From positions 31,707 through 95,706 of the forward strand of contig UQMK01000001.1 of NCBI GenBank assembly GCA_900542085.1: a stretch of DNA of 64,000 nt. The letters are read 5' to 3'. Within the stretch, counting starts at the first letter, position 1, and the number at the start of each line of letters is the position of its first letter. A program made the position numbers and the translations under genes. Positions 49,872 through 59,520 of the stretch are shown here, piece by piece. The DNA is from an uncultured Collinsella sp. Lineage in GTDB: Bacteria; Actinomycetota; Coriobacteriia; Coriobacteriales; Coriobacteriaceae. The notes under the pieces are model-generated. The model saw nothing but the letters and a program-made list of their open reading frames with translations, was not told the DNA's origin and did no database searches.

Positions 49872-50726
49872 CTACTTGAGCCCGGGCAGACGGGTGTAGG
49901 GAAACGAGCGCTCCAGGAATTCGGAGCAGCGGGCGTAGTCTTTGGCGAAGTAGCTGCTGTAGAGTGAATCGAGCACGTATTGCACGGCGATGTGGCTGGC
50001 GAACTGCGTGATGCGATGCGTCATACTCTCGTGGTCACTTACCGTGAGGTAGGCGGCAAAGCCAGGGTGAATGCGAGCGCAATAAGGCGTGCCGATGACG
50101 ATGACCGGGACATGCCGGCTGCTGAGAATCGGCAAGATGTCCTTGAGGTTGGGGGCAAGGCCGCTGTAGGAGATGACGATTGCCGCATGGTCGGGACCCG
50201 AGGCGAGCGCCGTACGCACCTGGACCTCAGCGCCGTCGTGGCACGTTGCGCTTTTGCCGGCGGAGAGCAGACGGTCGCGGAACATTCCTGCTGGATAGAG
50301 GTTGTGCGAGCCCGTGTAGATGTCGACCTGTCGGGCGTTTGCGATGAGCTTGGCGGCGTGGTCAAGCTGCGTGGGGTCGAGTAGTTCCTGCGTTTCGGCC
50401 AGCGTGGTCTGGTAGAGCCCTTCCATGCGCTCCATAACCTGCGCAGGGGTGGACGTAGCGTCGAAGGGAAAGTTGATGTCCACGTCTCGCCGGTTTCCCG
50501 CCTCGGTTGCCAGGCGGATGAGCTCGACCTTGAGGTCCTTAAAGCCCTCGAGGCCGAGCTTTTTGCAAAAACGGTGCACGCTCGCGACCGAAACGTTGGT
50601 GCGTGCGGCAAATTCCTTAATGGAAAGCCCGCGGATGTCCTCGCCCATGGCAAGGGCCGAGATGCCGAGCTGTTGCTCGGTGGGGGTGAGGCCCTGCGCC
50701 TCGGTGATCTTGCGTTTGATATCCAT
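49872..50726 (-). CDS. MurR/RpiR-family transcriptional regulator (HTH_6 + SIS domain)
   Basis: The N-terminal HTH (LSIKEFAARTNVSVASVHRFCKKLGLEGFKDLK) and the C-terminal SIS-like domain match the family. The start was chosen at MDIKRK. Confidence 0.8.
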   Translation of the reverse strand: MDIKRKITEAQGLTPTEQQLGISALAMGEDIRGLSIKEFAARTNVSVASVHRFCKKLGLEGFKDLKVELIRLATEAGNRRDVDINFPFDATSTPAQVMERMEGLYQTTLAETQELLDPTQLDHAAKLIANARQVDIYTGSHNLYPAGMFRDRLLSAGKSATCHDGAEVQVRTALASGPDHAAIVISYSGLAPNLKDILPILSSRHVPVIVIGTPYCARIHPGFAAYLTVSDHESMTHRITQFASHIAVQYVLDSLYSSYFAKDYARCSEFLERSFPYTRLPGLK

Positions 50727-51052
50727 CCGAACTCCCACACTCGGCAAACCTGCCAAAAAGGGACAGGTTTATTTTGGCACGTTTCGGTCGGTATCAGGAA
50801 GTGTCAGGGGCGGGGCGGCGGCGGTCTGTGGGCGCGAAAAGAAGTGTCGGGTTTGGCGTGCCCGCTTCTGCCCGTCCCGTGCGCAGGCGATACTCAGCTT
50901 ATCGACCCGCGATGCAAAGGAGATACTCATCCCACGAGCACTACCGGGAAGGGCTTGCGATTCGAGCCCTCACCTTAGCAATTTGATCATTTGGCACTAT
51001 AATCACCATAGGCATGCGCATAACGTTGCGCTTAATCAAGAGGAGAAAACAT

Positions 51053-51589
51053 ATGGGTCTGTTTGACATGTTTAAGAAGAAGGCTGAGCCCGCGGCAGCT
51101 GCTGCTCCGGCCTCCATCTCTGCTTCTGCTGGCGCCGACGTGCTGTGCTCGCCTGTCAAGGGCAAGGTCATCAAGATGGCCGACGTGCCCGACCCCGTCT
51201 TTGGTGGCGAGGTTCTGGGCAAGGGTTGCGCTGTGTGGCCCGAGGACGACCTGGTCTACGCTCCCTGCGACGGCAAGGTGACCGTCACCATGGGTCACGC
51301 CGTAGGCCTGCAGTCCGATAGCGGCATCGAGGTTCTGGTGCACGTTGGCGTCGATACCGTCAACATGAACGGCGACGGCTTCGAGGGCTTCGTCAAGGCC
51401 GACGACGTCGTCAAAGCTGGTCAGCCCATACTCAAGATCGACCGCGCCAAGATTGCTGCTGCCGGTTACAAGGACTGCGTCGTCATGGCCGTGTCCAACA
51501 CCGCCGAGTTCGCTGACGTCGAGCTCGCCGTCGAGGCCGAGTCTGCCGTCGCCGCCGGTGACGCTATCGTTAGGGTCGTCCGCAAGTAG
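51053..51589 (+). CDS. PTS glucose-family EIIA component (Crr-like)
   Basis: The region GHAVGLQSDSGIEVLVHVGVDTVNMNGDGF matches the EIIA-Glc active-site region. There is an AGGAGA RBS. Confidence 0.85.
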   Translation: MGLFDMFKKKAEPAAAAAPASISASAGADVLCSPVKGKVIKMADVPDPVFGGEVLGKGCAVWPEDDLVYAPCDGKVTVTMGHAVGLQSDSGIEVLVHVGVDTVNMNGDGFEGFVKADDVVKAGQPILKIDRAKIAAAGYKDCVVMAVSNTAEFADVELAVEAESAVAAGDAIVRVVRK

Positions 51590-51612
51590 TCTGCGGCAAC
51601 ATAAGGATGTGC

Positions 51613-51646
51613 AAGGGTGGTCGGGTTATCCGGCTGCCCTTTTTTA
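51613..51646 (+). terminator. Intrinsic terminator after EIIA gene (stem with G·U pairs + TTTTTTAAT)
   Basis: It reads AAGGGTGGTCGG-GTTATC-CGGCTGCCCTT followed by T6. Confidence 0.6.
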
Positions 51647-51823
51647 ATAGACTGAGCAGGCGCATTTTATTGCAGGGGGGCTTGCTTTACGGGCCATTCG
51701 TTCGTCAAATTGAGCCGTCCGCGCTTTTGCGACGTAGGGGTCTGGACGGAGCCGCTAATATGGACTTGCTGTTACGACGTGCGCTGCGCAGGGAACGCGG
51801 CGCCGCTTGTTTGGAGGAATGTC

Positions 51824-52381
51824 ATGAAAAAGAAGCTGCTGCTTGCGCCCCTGATGGCTGCCCTGGTCGCGTGCGTGGTTTTGCTTTCCGGCTGCGGAGG
51901 GCCTTCGGTGGAAGAGCTCATCACCAACGACCTTACGAGCCAGTTTGACGAGATCAAGAACGGCGGCGATGATTTCCTCTCCGGTCTGGAAGAGGCTTCG
52001 GGCGACGAGTTTGAGCAACTGGGCATCGATCCCAAGGAGTACGCCAAGAGCTATCTCGAGGGCTTTGATTACAAGATCGGCGATGTGACGGTCGATGAGG
52101 ACAAGGGCACTGCGACCGCCGAGGTTACCATCACCTGCAAGTCCATGAATAAGATCGTCGAAGATTTCGCCACCCAGTATCAGGAGAAGGTCGCCGCACT
52201 CGATACGATGCCTTCCGAGGATGACCTGTACAAGATGGCCGGCCAGGTCATGGTCGACGTGACCAAGGCCGCTAAGACCAAGGACACCAAGGTCACCTTT
52301 AAATATTCCGCCAACGAGGATAACGAGTGGTCTGCCGACGATTCCGCAACCACCGAGATGATGAATGCGATGATGAGCTAG
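51824..52381 (+). CDS. Lipoprotein, unknown function
   Basis: MKKKLLLAPLMAALVACVVLLSGCGG is a lipobox signal, and there is a GGAGGAAT RBS. Confidence 0.7.
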   Translation: MKKKLLLAPLMAALVACVVLLSGCGGPSVEELITNDLTSQFDEIKNGGDDFLSGLEEASGDEFEQLGIDPKEYAKSYLEGFDYKIGDVTVDEDKGTATAEVTITCKSMNKIVEDFATQYQEKVAALDTMPSEDDLYKMAGQVMVDVTKAAKTKDTKVTFKYSANEDNEWSADDSATTEMMNAMMS

Positions 52382-52384
52382 GGG

Positions 52385-52560
52385 GTTACGCGGTAGTTCG
52401 TTACGGCGTTTTACCAAACGCCGTAACTGCTCGACGCTGCGCGGGCACCAGAGCGACAACTTGTCATTCAAAGAGGACGGCATGACCAGAAGGTCTATGC
52501 CGTCCTCTTTTCATGCCAATTTGTTCGCTCTGGTGCCCGCTCGCTGTCCGTCCTCTACCT
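52385..52560 (+). repeat. ~170-nt structured element, copy 2 (hairpin GTTACGGCGTTT-TACC-AAACGCCGTAAC; 16-bp long-range stem GCGGGCACCAGAGCGA/TCGCTCTGGTGCCCGC; inner hairpin GAGGACGGCAT-GACCAGAAGGTCT-ATGCCGTCCTC followed by TTTTC)
   Basis: It aligns with copy 1 at 49562. A 9-nt remnant GTTACGCGG at 52385-52393 matches the copy-1 hairpin arm exactly. Confidence 0.7.
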
Positions 52561-52660
52561 GCGGCGTTGCCATGGTGCGGCGCTTGGGGGACACTTCTTT
52601 GGTGCGGGGGCAGCTAAAAGAGTCCCGTCCCACATTAGCTGCCCGTGGGGGGATGTGCGG

Positions 52661-53329
52661 TTACTCGCCCAGTACCAGCGCCGTGAGCTCTGCCTGGGTG
52701 TCCACCACGTAGTCGGCGCCGGCGGCTTCCAGCTCTGCGCGGCCGCGGAAGCCCCAGCTGACGCCCGCGCTCTTAAGGCCGGCGTTGTGACCGGTCAGGA
52801 TATCGACATTGGAATCGCCCACATAGAGCGTGGTTGCCGGATTGGCGCCCAGCTCCTCCATCACATGCAGCGTGACGGGTGCTTCGGGCTTGGGCGGAAA
52901 CGCATCGACACGGCCCTGTACCAGCGCAAAGCGCTCGGGACCAAAATACTTCTCGATAAGCGGAGCCGCCGAGACGTGGTCCTTGTTAGTGAGCACGGCT
53001 AGCTGCACACCCGCGGCGCGCAGGCGGTCGAGCATCTCGATCGTGCCGGCATAGGGGGCGGTGTGGTCCTCCTTGTGCTCGCCGTAGTAAGCCCTAAACT
53101 CGGCAAGCGTCTGCTCAAACATACGGCTGTCGCCCGCATACTCGGCAGGCATAAAACGCTCAACCAGCTTGAGCATGCCGTTTCCCACCTTGTAGCGGTA
53201 CTCGTCGACGGCAAACGTGGGCCAGCCGTGCGTCTCGCAGGTATGGTTGCCGGCGGCCGCCAGGTCCTCGAGCGTGTTGAGGATGGTGCCGTCCAGGTCG
53301 AAGATCACATGGGAAAAAGCTGCTGCCAT
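52661..53329 (-). CDS. HAD-superfamily hydrolase (phosphatase/beta-phosphoglucomutase-like)
   Basis: Motif I (FDLDGTI) is near the N-terminus. The start was chosen at MAAAF; alternatives lie up to 53422. Confidence 0.75.
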   Translation of the reverse strand: MAAAFSHVIFDLDGTILNTLEDLAAAGNHTCETHGWPTFAVDEYRYKVGNGMLKLVERFMPAEYAGDSRMFEQTLAEFRAYYGEHKEDHTAPYAGTIEMLDRLRAAGVQLAVLTNKDHVSAAPLIEKYFGPERFALVQGRVDAFPPKPEAPVTLHVMEELGANPATTLYVGDSNVDILTGHNAGLKSAGVSWGFRGRAELEAAGADYVVDTQAELTALVLGE

Positions 53330-53452
53330 GAAAGCTCCCGTCATTGGATTTAAAACGCACCTCATAATACTGGGCTTCCGCGTTGGGCGTGCTTGGAATC
53401 TGAACATCTCCAGGGATACCAAGCCGCATCGCGCCGACCGTGCGGTTCCGCC

Positions 53453-54493
53453 CTAGCAAATTCTCGGCAGCTGCTCTCCCACGAGCATGTCGAGGATACG
53501 GGTCGAGCCCCAGCCGGTGCGCACGCGCACGGCGGGACGGGAGCCCTCGGCAAGTGGCAGCACGCGACCGATGATGGCGGCATTCTCGCCGTAGCGGGCG
53601 GCGCGCATGGCGCTCAACGCGGCATCGGCTTGCTCGGCCGGCACGACGGCAACCATCTTGCCCTCGTTTGCCACCTGCAGCACATCGTAGCCGAGCATCT
53701 CGCAGGCGGCCTGCACGTCGGGACGCACGGGCACGGCATCCTCGTCGACCTCCATGGCAACACCGCTGGCCTGGGCAAACTCGTTGAGTGTGGACGCCAG
53801 GCCACCGCGCGTGGGGTCGCGAAAGCAATGCGTGCCGGGCGCTGCGGCCAAAACGTCGGCAATCAGGTGGTTGAGCGGCGCAGCGTCGCTTTCTATCGTG
53901 CTCGAAAACGCCAGGCCCTCGCGTTGGCTCATGATGGCGATGCCGTGGTCGCCCAGCGTACCCGATACCAGAATGACATCGCCGGGCTGGCAGTTGGCAC
54001 CGCTGAGCGCCACGCCCGCGGGAACCTCGCCCACGCCGGCGGTATTGATGTAGACGCCGTCGGCCCCGCCGCGCTCGACCACCTTGGTGTCGCCCGTGAT
54101 TATGGACACGCCCGCTTCGCGCGCCGTTTCGGCCATCGTCTGCACAATCTGGCGGAGCTTATCCATGGGATAGCCCTCTTCGAGGATAAATCCGCACGAC
54201 AGGTAGCGCACGTTGGCGCCCGAGGTCGCGACGTCGTTGACGGTTCCGCACACGGCAAGGCGGCCGATGTTGCCACCGGGGAAGAACTGCGGCGAGACTA
54301 CAAAGCTGTCGGTCGACATGGCGATGCGCCCGCTCGCGGGCAGCGCGGCGACGCCGGCGTCGTTGCCCGCGAGCAGCTCGGGCGACCCAAAGGCATCCAA
54401 AAAGACCTCATCGATGATGCGTTTCATCATCTGACCGCCAGAGCCGTGGCCCAACAGGACGGTGCTATCGGTGGTGCTATGGGACATATCCAA
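53453..54493 (-). CDS. hypE: Hydrogenase maturation protein HypE
   Basis: It has a PurM-like fold and the C-terminal …PRIC motif typical of HypE. Confidence 0.9.
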   Translation of the reverse strand: MDMSHSTTDSTVLLGHGSGGQMMKRIIDEVFLDAFGSPELLAGNDAGVAALPASGRIAMSTDSFVVSPQFFPGGNIGRLAVCGTVNDVATSGANVRYLSCGFILEEGYPMDKLRQIVQTMAETAREAGVSIITGDTKVVERGGADGVYINTAGVGEVPAGVALSGANCQPGDVILVSGTLGDHGIAIMSQREGLAFSSTIESDAAPLNHLIADVLAAAPGTHCFRDPTRGGLASTLNEFAQASGVAMEVDEDAVPVRPDVQAACEMLGYDVLQVANEGKMVAVVPAEQADAALSAMRAARYGENAAIIGRVLPLAEGSRPAVRVRTGWGSTRILDMLVGEQLPRIC

Positions 54494-54535
54494 AACTCCA
54501 ATCGTGGGTGGTGCCGGCGTGCGGGTGCGTCCGGG

Positions 54536-55648
54536 CTAGTCGCGATAACGGTAGTACGCCGCGCAGCTGCCCTCGGAGCTCACCATGCACGGGCCGACGG
54601 GGTGCTCGGGCGTGCAGGTGCGGCCAAAGAGCGGGCAGCTGTTCGGCGTAATGGCCCCGCGCAGCACGTCGCCGCAGCGGCATCCACGCGGCTCGACCGT
54701 CGCCTCAACGGGCACGTCAAAGCGAGCGCGGGCATCAAAGCGCGAGAACTCGGGGCGGATAGAAAGGCCCGAGTTGGCAATCGGCCCCAGCCCGCGCCAC
54801 GTGGTGCCGCATGGCTCAAACACCTGCTCGACCAGCTGGCGCGCCACGGGGTTGCCGTCTGCGTTGACGCCACGGCGGTAGGCGTTGTCGATCGCGGGTC
54901 TGTTCTCGACAACCATCTGGACCAGCATGCAGATGCCCTGCAGGATATCGACCGGTTCAAATCCCGTGACCACGCCCGGGGTATTGAACTCGTCGACCAA
55001 AAAGCTAAAGGGCGCCAAGCCCGTGATGGTGGCGACGTGGCCCGGCAGGATAAAGCCGTCGATGGCGGTCTCGGGGTCGTTGGCGATGGCGCGCAACGCC
55101 GGCGGCGTGGTCTTGTGGGCGCAATAGACCGAAAAGTTCAAAAGCCCGCGTGCCTCGGCCTCCAAGATGGCGGCGGCGATGGTGGGCGTCGTAGTCTCAA
55201 AGCCCACGCCCATAAAAATGACCGGACGATCGGGGTTTTGCTCGGCGATGTCGAGCGCGTCGAGCGGGGAATAGACGATGCGGATGTCGCGCCCTGCCGC
55301 CTTTTGCGCAGCGAGCGAGGTGGACGATCCGGGCACGCGCATCATGTCGCCAAAGGTGGTGATGATGGCGCCGTCTATGTTGGCGAGCGCGATCGCGTGG
55401 TCGATGTCGCGGTTGGCGGTTACGCAGACGGGGCACCCCGGGCCACTCAGCAGCTTGAGCCCGGCCGGCATAATGGAGCGAAAGCCATAGCGGCCGATGC
55501 TCACGGTGTGCGTGCCGCAGACTTCCATAAGGTTGATGGTGCGGTCGCCGACGAGTTCATGGATGCGTTCGATGAGCTCGCGGGCCAGCTTGGAATCGCG
55601 AAATGCCGAAAAGTCGATACCGGAGCGAGCCGGCTGTCCGGCCGCCAC
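54536..55648 (-). CDS. hypD: Hydrogenase maturation protein HypD
   Basis: It has the CGTHTVS, GPGCPVC and C-terminal Cys motifs. Confidence 0.9.
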   Translation of the reverse strand: MAAGQPARSGIDFSAFRDSKLARELIERIHELVGDRTINLMEVCGTHTVSIGRYGFRSIMPAGLKLLSGPGCPVCVTANRDIDHAIALANIDGAIITTFGDMMRVPGSSTSLAAQKAAGRDIRIVYSPLDALDIAEQNPDRPVIFMGVGFETTTPTIAAAILEAEARGLLNFSVYCAHKTTPPALRAIANDPETAIDGFILPGHVATITGLAPFSFLVDEFNTPGVVTGFEPVDILQGICMLVQMVVENRPAIDNAYRRGVNADGNPVARQLVEQVFEPCGTTWRGLGPIANSGLSIRPEFSRFDARARFDVPVEATVEPRGCRCGDVLRGAITPNSCPLFGRTCTPEHPVGPCMVSSEGSCAAYYRYRD

Positions 55649-55908
55649 TAGTATGCCTCGGCCGGGTTGCTGGCCAGTTGGTCTTCTACGACCAGTTCGG
55701 TCATGGTGTTGACCAGGTCGAGCGTCTCCTGCGCTTCCTGCTCGTCGACGATCTGGATGCCAAAGCCGGCGTGTACGAGAATATAGTCGCCAACCTGCGC
55801 CGTCGGCACGAGTCGTAGCGACACGGGGCGCTCGATGCCCATCATGTCGACGGTGGCCTTGAGGTCGTCGTCGCGTTTGACTACTTTACCGGGAACGGCA
55901 AGGCACAT
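55648..55908 (-). CDS. hypC: Hydrogenase maturation chaperone HypC
   Basis: It has the N-terminal MCLAVPGKV motif and the right length (86 aa). Confidence 0.9.
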   Translation of the reverse strand: MCLAVPGKVVKRDDDLKATVDMMGIERPVSLRLVPTAQVGDYILVHAGFGIQIVDEQEAQETLDLVNTMTELVVEDQLASNPAEAY

Positions 55909-56042
55909 ATTGTTCCCCTTTTAGACGCTTTGCGCTGGATAGGCGCTCAATAATCCATCAGTTGATGGTAGCGCTCGCGGGGTTTGCGGGCAAACGCGTT
56001 ACGCCTGTGAGACGGCTGGGCACAGCGGCGTGTGAGGGCGAG

Positions 56043-58529
56043 CTACTGCGATGCAATCTGCGCAAGACGAGCGCTTGCGACCGCCGCCTGACCGTAGGCG
56101 ATGCAGCCGTCATTGACGGGTATGGTGTGGGGGACCAAGACAGCAAGGCCCGCGTATTTGAGCTCGCGGGTGAGGAGCTGGAGCAGAAGTCGGTTCATGA
56201 ACACGCCGCCCGAGAGCGCGACGGTGCCAATGCCCTCGCGCGCGCAGATTTCGGTGGCGATGCGCGCCGAGGAGCGCGCGATGGCGACATGGAAGTCGAG
56301 TGCGAGCCTGTCGGCGGGCGCTCCGGCTTCGATTCCCTCCAAAAGTGCCTCAAAGAGTGCTTTCTGGTCCAGCACATCGGGGCCGTCCAACCACGATGGG
56401 CCAGATGTGGAATAGCCGACGTTGTCGTCGGGAAAACGGGCGATTTTGCCGTCCAGTGCACGCCAAGCGGCGGCTTCGAGCTCGATGGCGGGTTCGCCCT
56501 CGTAGGTTGCCTGGCCGCAAATGCCCAAAATCGCGGCTGCGGCATCAAACAGGCGACCCATACTGCTGGTGCGCGGACTGTTGATGCCGCGCTCGATCAT
56601 CGTTGCCGTTATGCTGCGCGTTTGCTCATCAAGGCTGTTCAAGAGCCCCACGGCTCCTGGGTGCTCGAGCAGGTCGAGCTCGCTGAGCAGGGCAAAGGCG
56701 TTGCGGCGGGCATCGTGTACGGATGCGGCGCCACCGGGAAGCGCCCAGGTGCGCAGATGCGCGACGCGCTCAAAATCGGCGAGATGGGCGACAAGAAACT
56801 CACCGCCCCATATGGTGCCGTCGGTGCCGGCACCCGTGCCGTCGAAGGCGATGCCGAGGACGCGTGCATCGGGCGCAAGCCGGCCTGCGGCAATCGCCTC
56901 TGCCATGACGCTCGCGATGTGCGCATGATGGTGCTGGACTTCGATAAGCGGCAGATTGTGCTCCCGTGCCTGCTCGCGCGCCCATTGGCTCGACAGATAA
57001 CTGGGATGCATATCGCATGCCAGGGCGGCAGGCGCCAGGTCAAAGAGGTTATCCAGACGCGAGCGCGCGGCGCTCCAAGCATCGAAAGTCGCACCGTTTT
57101 CGACATCGCCGATATGCTGCGACACAAAACAGGCTGCCTCGCCGTTCGTCCCTTCGCGCGTGAGTGCGATCGTGGCTTTTTGCTGCGGCCCGCAGGCGAG
57201 CACACAGGGCGTGGCGTTGTCGAGCGCCGGCAACGACAGCGGCTGCGGCGCATATCCGCGTGCGCGGCGCACGGGCATGACGACCCCGTCGACTACGCGT
57301 ACTACGGAGTCGTCGTAGCGCGACAGAATCGCGCGGTCGTTACCGAGCAGCGCATCGGCGATGCCGGCGGCAACAAGGTGCTCCCATGCAAGGGCATCGT
57401 CGGTCTCGATGGGCTCTTCGCTCAGGTTTCCGCTGGTCATGACGATTGCGTGCATACCGTGCGCCGCAGCTGCGGCGAGCAGCAAATGTTGAAGCGGGGT
57501 GTAGGGGAGCATGACGCCGAGCTCGGGCAAGTCGTGCGCGACGGATGGTGCGAGTTCGAGGGCGTTGAGGGAGCCGTGGGCGTCGTTGCCGGCCGCGCGG
57601 CGGCGTAGCAGTACAATGGGACGAACGCTACCGGCCAGCAGGTCGCGCTCAACGCCATCGACATGGCACAGGCGCTCGGCGTCGGCAAGGCTGCGCACCA
57701 TAACGGCAAGCGGCTTATTACTGCGACGCTTGCGACGGCGCAGCTCGCACACCGCCTGTTCGTTGGTGGCATTGCAGGCCAGGTGGAATCCGCCCAGACC
57801 CTTGATGGCGACGATGCCGCCGCCTGTCAGCAGCTCGACGCAGCGTTCGATGATGGCATCGCTGGCCTCGCGCGTGGAGCCGACGGCTGGTGTTGCGTCG
57901 ACACCCGCTGACACAACGCCGCGATTGGCCTCGCGCCACGTAATATGCGGTCCGCAATCAAAGCAGGCATCGGGCTGCGCGTGAAACCGCCGATCGAGCG
58001 GGTCGGCATACTCTGAGGCGCAGGTGGGGCACATGGGAAAGCGATCCATCGAGGTAGCCGCTCGGTCATAGGGCAGCGAGCGGATGATGGTAAAGCGCGG
58101 TCCGCAGTTGGTGCAGTTGATAAAGGGATAGTGAAAGCGTCGGTCGGCGGGGTCGAACAGCTCGCGCAGGCAGTCGTCGCACGTGGCGATGTCGGGCGAG
58201 ATGAGCGTCGTGTGGGCAGTTTGATCCTGTGACGCCACAATGCGAAAACCCTGCTCGTTAGCGGCGTCCCAGTTGCCGGGTGCTAGGTCCATAACCTCGA
58301 CATGTTCCACGCGAGACGCCGCAGGCGCATGCTCGGAAAGCGCGTCAACAAATTCGTCGAGCGACTCGCTGAGAGCGTGCGCCTCGATATGCACGCCATC
58401 GCCCGCGTTAAGCACCCAGCCGCAAATGCCGTGCGCCATGGCCTCGCGATACACAAACGGTCGCATGCCGACACCCTGCACAATGCCCGTTACATGGATA
58501 TGCGCATGTCGCATGCGACCCTCCTTCAT
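56043..58529 (-). CDS. hypF: Carbamoyltransferase HypF
   Basis: It has an acylphosphatase domain, two CxxC zinc fingers, and YrdC and Kae1-like domains. Confidence 0.9.
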   Translation of the reverse strand: MKEGRMRHAHIHVTGIVQGVGMRPFVYREAMAHGICGWVLNAGDGVHIEAHALSESLDEFVDALSEHAPAASRVEHVEVMDLAPGNWDAANEQGFRIVASQDQTAHTTLISPDIATCDDCLRELFDPADRRFHYPFINCTNCGPRFTIIRSLPYDRAATSMDRFPMCPTCASEYADPLDRRFHAQPDACFDCGPHITWREANRGVVSAGVDATPAVGSTREASDAIIERCVELLTGGGIVAIKGLGGFHLACNATNEQAVCELRRRKRRSNKPLAVMVRSLADAERLCHVDGVERDLLAGSVRPIVLLRRRAAGNDAHGSLNALELAPSVAHDLPELGVMLPYTPLQHLLLAAAAAHGMHAIVMTSGNLSEEPIETDDALAWEHLVAAGIADALLGNDRAILSRYDDSVVRVVDGVVMPVRRARGYAPQPLSLPALDNATPCVLACGPQQKATIALTREGTNGEAACFVSQHIGDVENGATFDAWSAARSRLDNLFDLAPAALACDMHPSYLSSQWAREQAREHNLPLIEVQHHHAHIASVMAEAIAAGRLAPDARVLGIAFDGTGAGTDGTIWGGEFLVAHLADFERVAHLRTWALPGGAASVHDARRNAFALLSELDLLEHPGAVGLLNSLDEQTRSITATMIERGINSPRTSSMGRLFDAAAAILGICGQATYEGEPAIELEAAAWRALDGKIARFPDDNVGYSTSGPSWLDGPDVLDQKALFEALLEGIEAGAPADRLALDFHVAIARSSARIATEICAREGIGTVALSGGVFMNRLLLQLLTRELKYAGLAVLVPHTIPVNDGCIAYGQAAVASARLAQIASQ

Positions 58530-58543
58530 TGAAATGTGTGCTG

Positions 58544-59050
58544 TTACAGCCCCAGGCTCTGCTCGGTGGCGGCGCAGGTGAGCTCGCCGTGTTTAACCCC
58601 GCGCAGGCCCAGCAGACGGTCTGCCAGCTCGTAGACGCGCTCGCCGCGACCCTTAAGCGCCAGAATCTCCAAACAGTTGTGGTGATCCAGATGCACGTGC
58701 ATGGTCGATACGATCTCGTCGGTGTAGTCGTGTTGCACCTCGTCCAGGCGGCGCGTCAGGTCGCCGGTGTGATGGTCGTAAATCATGGTGAGCGACCCGA
58801 TGACCTGCTCGTCGGGCGTTCGCATCTGCTCCTTGGCAATCGAGGCGCGAATCAGGTCGCGCACGGCCTCGGAGCGGTTGGCCACGTCACCGCGGCGTGC
58901 GATCTGCTCGTCAAAGCGGCGCAGCAGGTCGTCGGGCGCGGTGACCGAAAAACGGACCAGCTCGGAGGCGGAGCCGCTGCAACGGCAGCCCGCGTCGCCG
59001 GTCGGCCCGTGCGAATGCTCGTGCCCGCAGGTGTGCTCGTGCTCGGCCAC
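58544..59050 (-). CDS. nikR: Nickel-responsive regulator NikR with His/Cys-rich N-terminal extension
   Basis: It has a ribbon-helix-helix (RFSVTAPDDLLRRFDEQI) and a C-terminal Ni-binding domain (HHTGD…HVHLDHHNCLE). The N-terminal extension is MAEHEHTCGHEHSHGP. Confidence 0.8.
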   Translation of the reverse strand: MAEHEHTCGHEHSHGPTGDAGCRCSGSASELVRFSVTAPDDLLRRFDEQIARRGDVANRSEAVRDLIRASIAKEQMRTPDEQVIGSLTMIYDHHTGDLTRRLDEVQHDYTDEIVSTMHVHLDHHNCLEILALKGRGERVYELADRLLGLRGVKHGELTCAATEQSLGL

Positions 59051-59051
59051 G

Positions 59052-59300
59052 CTACACCAGCTTTACGGAGCCAACGGAGTTGTGGTCGGCCTCGATGGCC
59101 TCCTCGTAGCCCTCGAGTGCGTCGTGCGCCTCGTGGAGCGCCGCCATGGCGGCCTCGAGCTTGGCACCAATGCGCTCCATATCAAAGTTCTCGGTTGCAT
59201 GCAGCAGCTGATGGCTCCACTCGTGGGCGAGCTCGATCGTGTCGTCGACCTGCTTGACGCTCATGGCAAGCTGGCTCATGTTCATTCCGACGTCATGCAT
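59052..59300 (-). CDS. Small His-containing helical protein of unknown function, first gene of nikR-hypFCDE operon
   Basis: It is 82 aa with 7 His (HEWSHQLLH, HEAHDALEGYEEAIEADH). It is separated from nikR by 1 nt. Confidence 0.5.
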   Translation of the reverse strand: MHDVGMNMSQLAMSVKQVDDTIELAHEWSHQLLHATENFDMERIGAKLEAAMAALHEAHDALEGYEEAIEADHNSVGSVKLV

Positions 59301-59375
59301 GGGAAATCTCCTTTTGTACGGGTCTATTCAGTGGTTCAGATTCTACTACGCCCGCTTTGCGCATCGCCGCATAAG

Positions 59376-59411
59376 AAAACGGGTGCGAGTCCGTCTGACC
59401 CGCACCCGTTC
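59376..59411 (-). terminator. Intrinsic terminator downstream of trxA on minus strand (stem ACGGGTGCG/CGCACCCGT then U-tract on minus strand)
   Basis: The inverted repeat has an adjacent AAAA on the plus strand. Confidence 0.6.
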
Positions 59412-59520
59412 ACTGGGGGCTGTTTGTGATTACCATACTATCCGTGGTCGCGGGCGCAGCACCCGGCTCTCCGGTGAGCGGCGCAAAACCGCTCATGGAC
59501 GGCAGCGCATGACCGGCGTA

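Noticed and set aside
52461-52712. 83-aa ORF overlapping the second structured-element copy
   Set aside because: It lies within a region better explained as structured RNA or a terminator, with no RBS and no conservation with copy 1 at the protein level.
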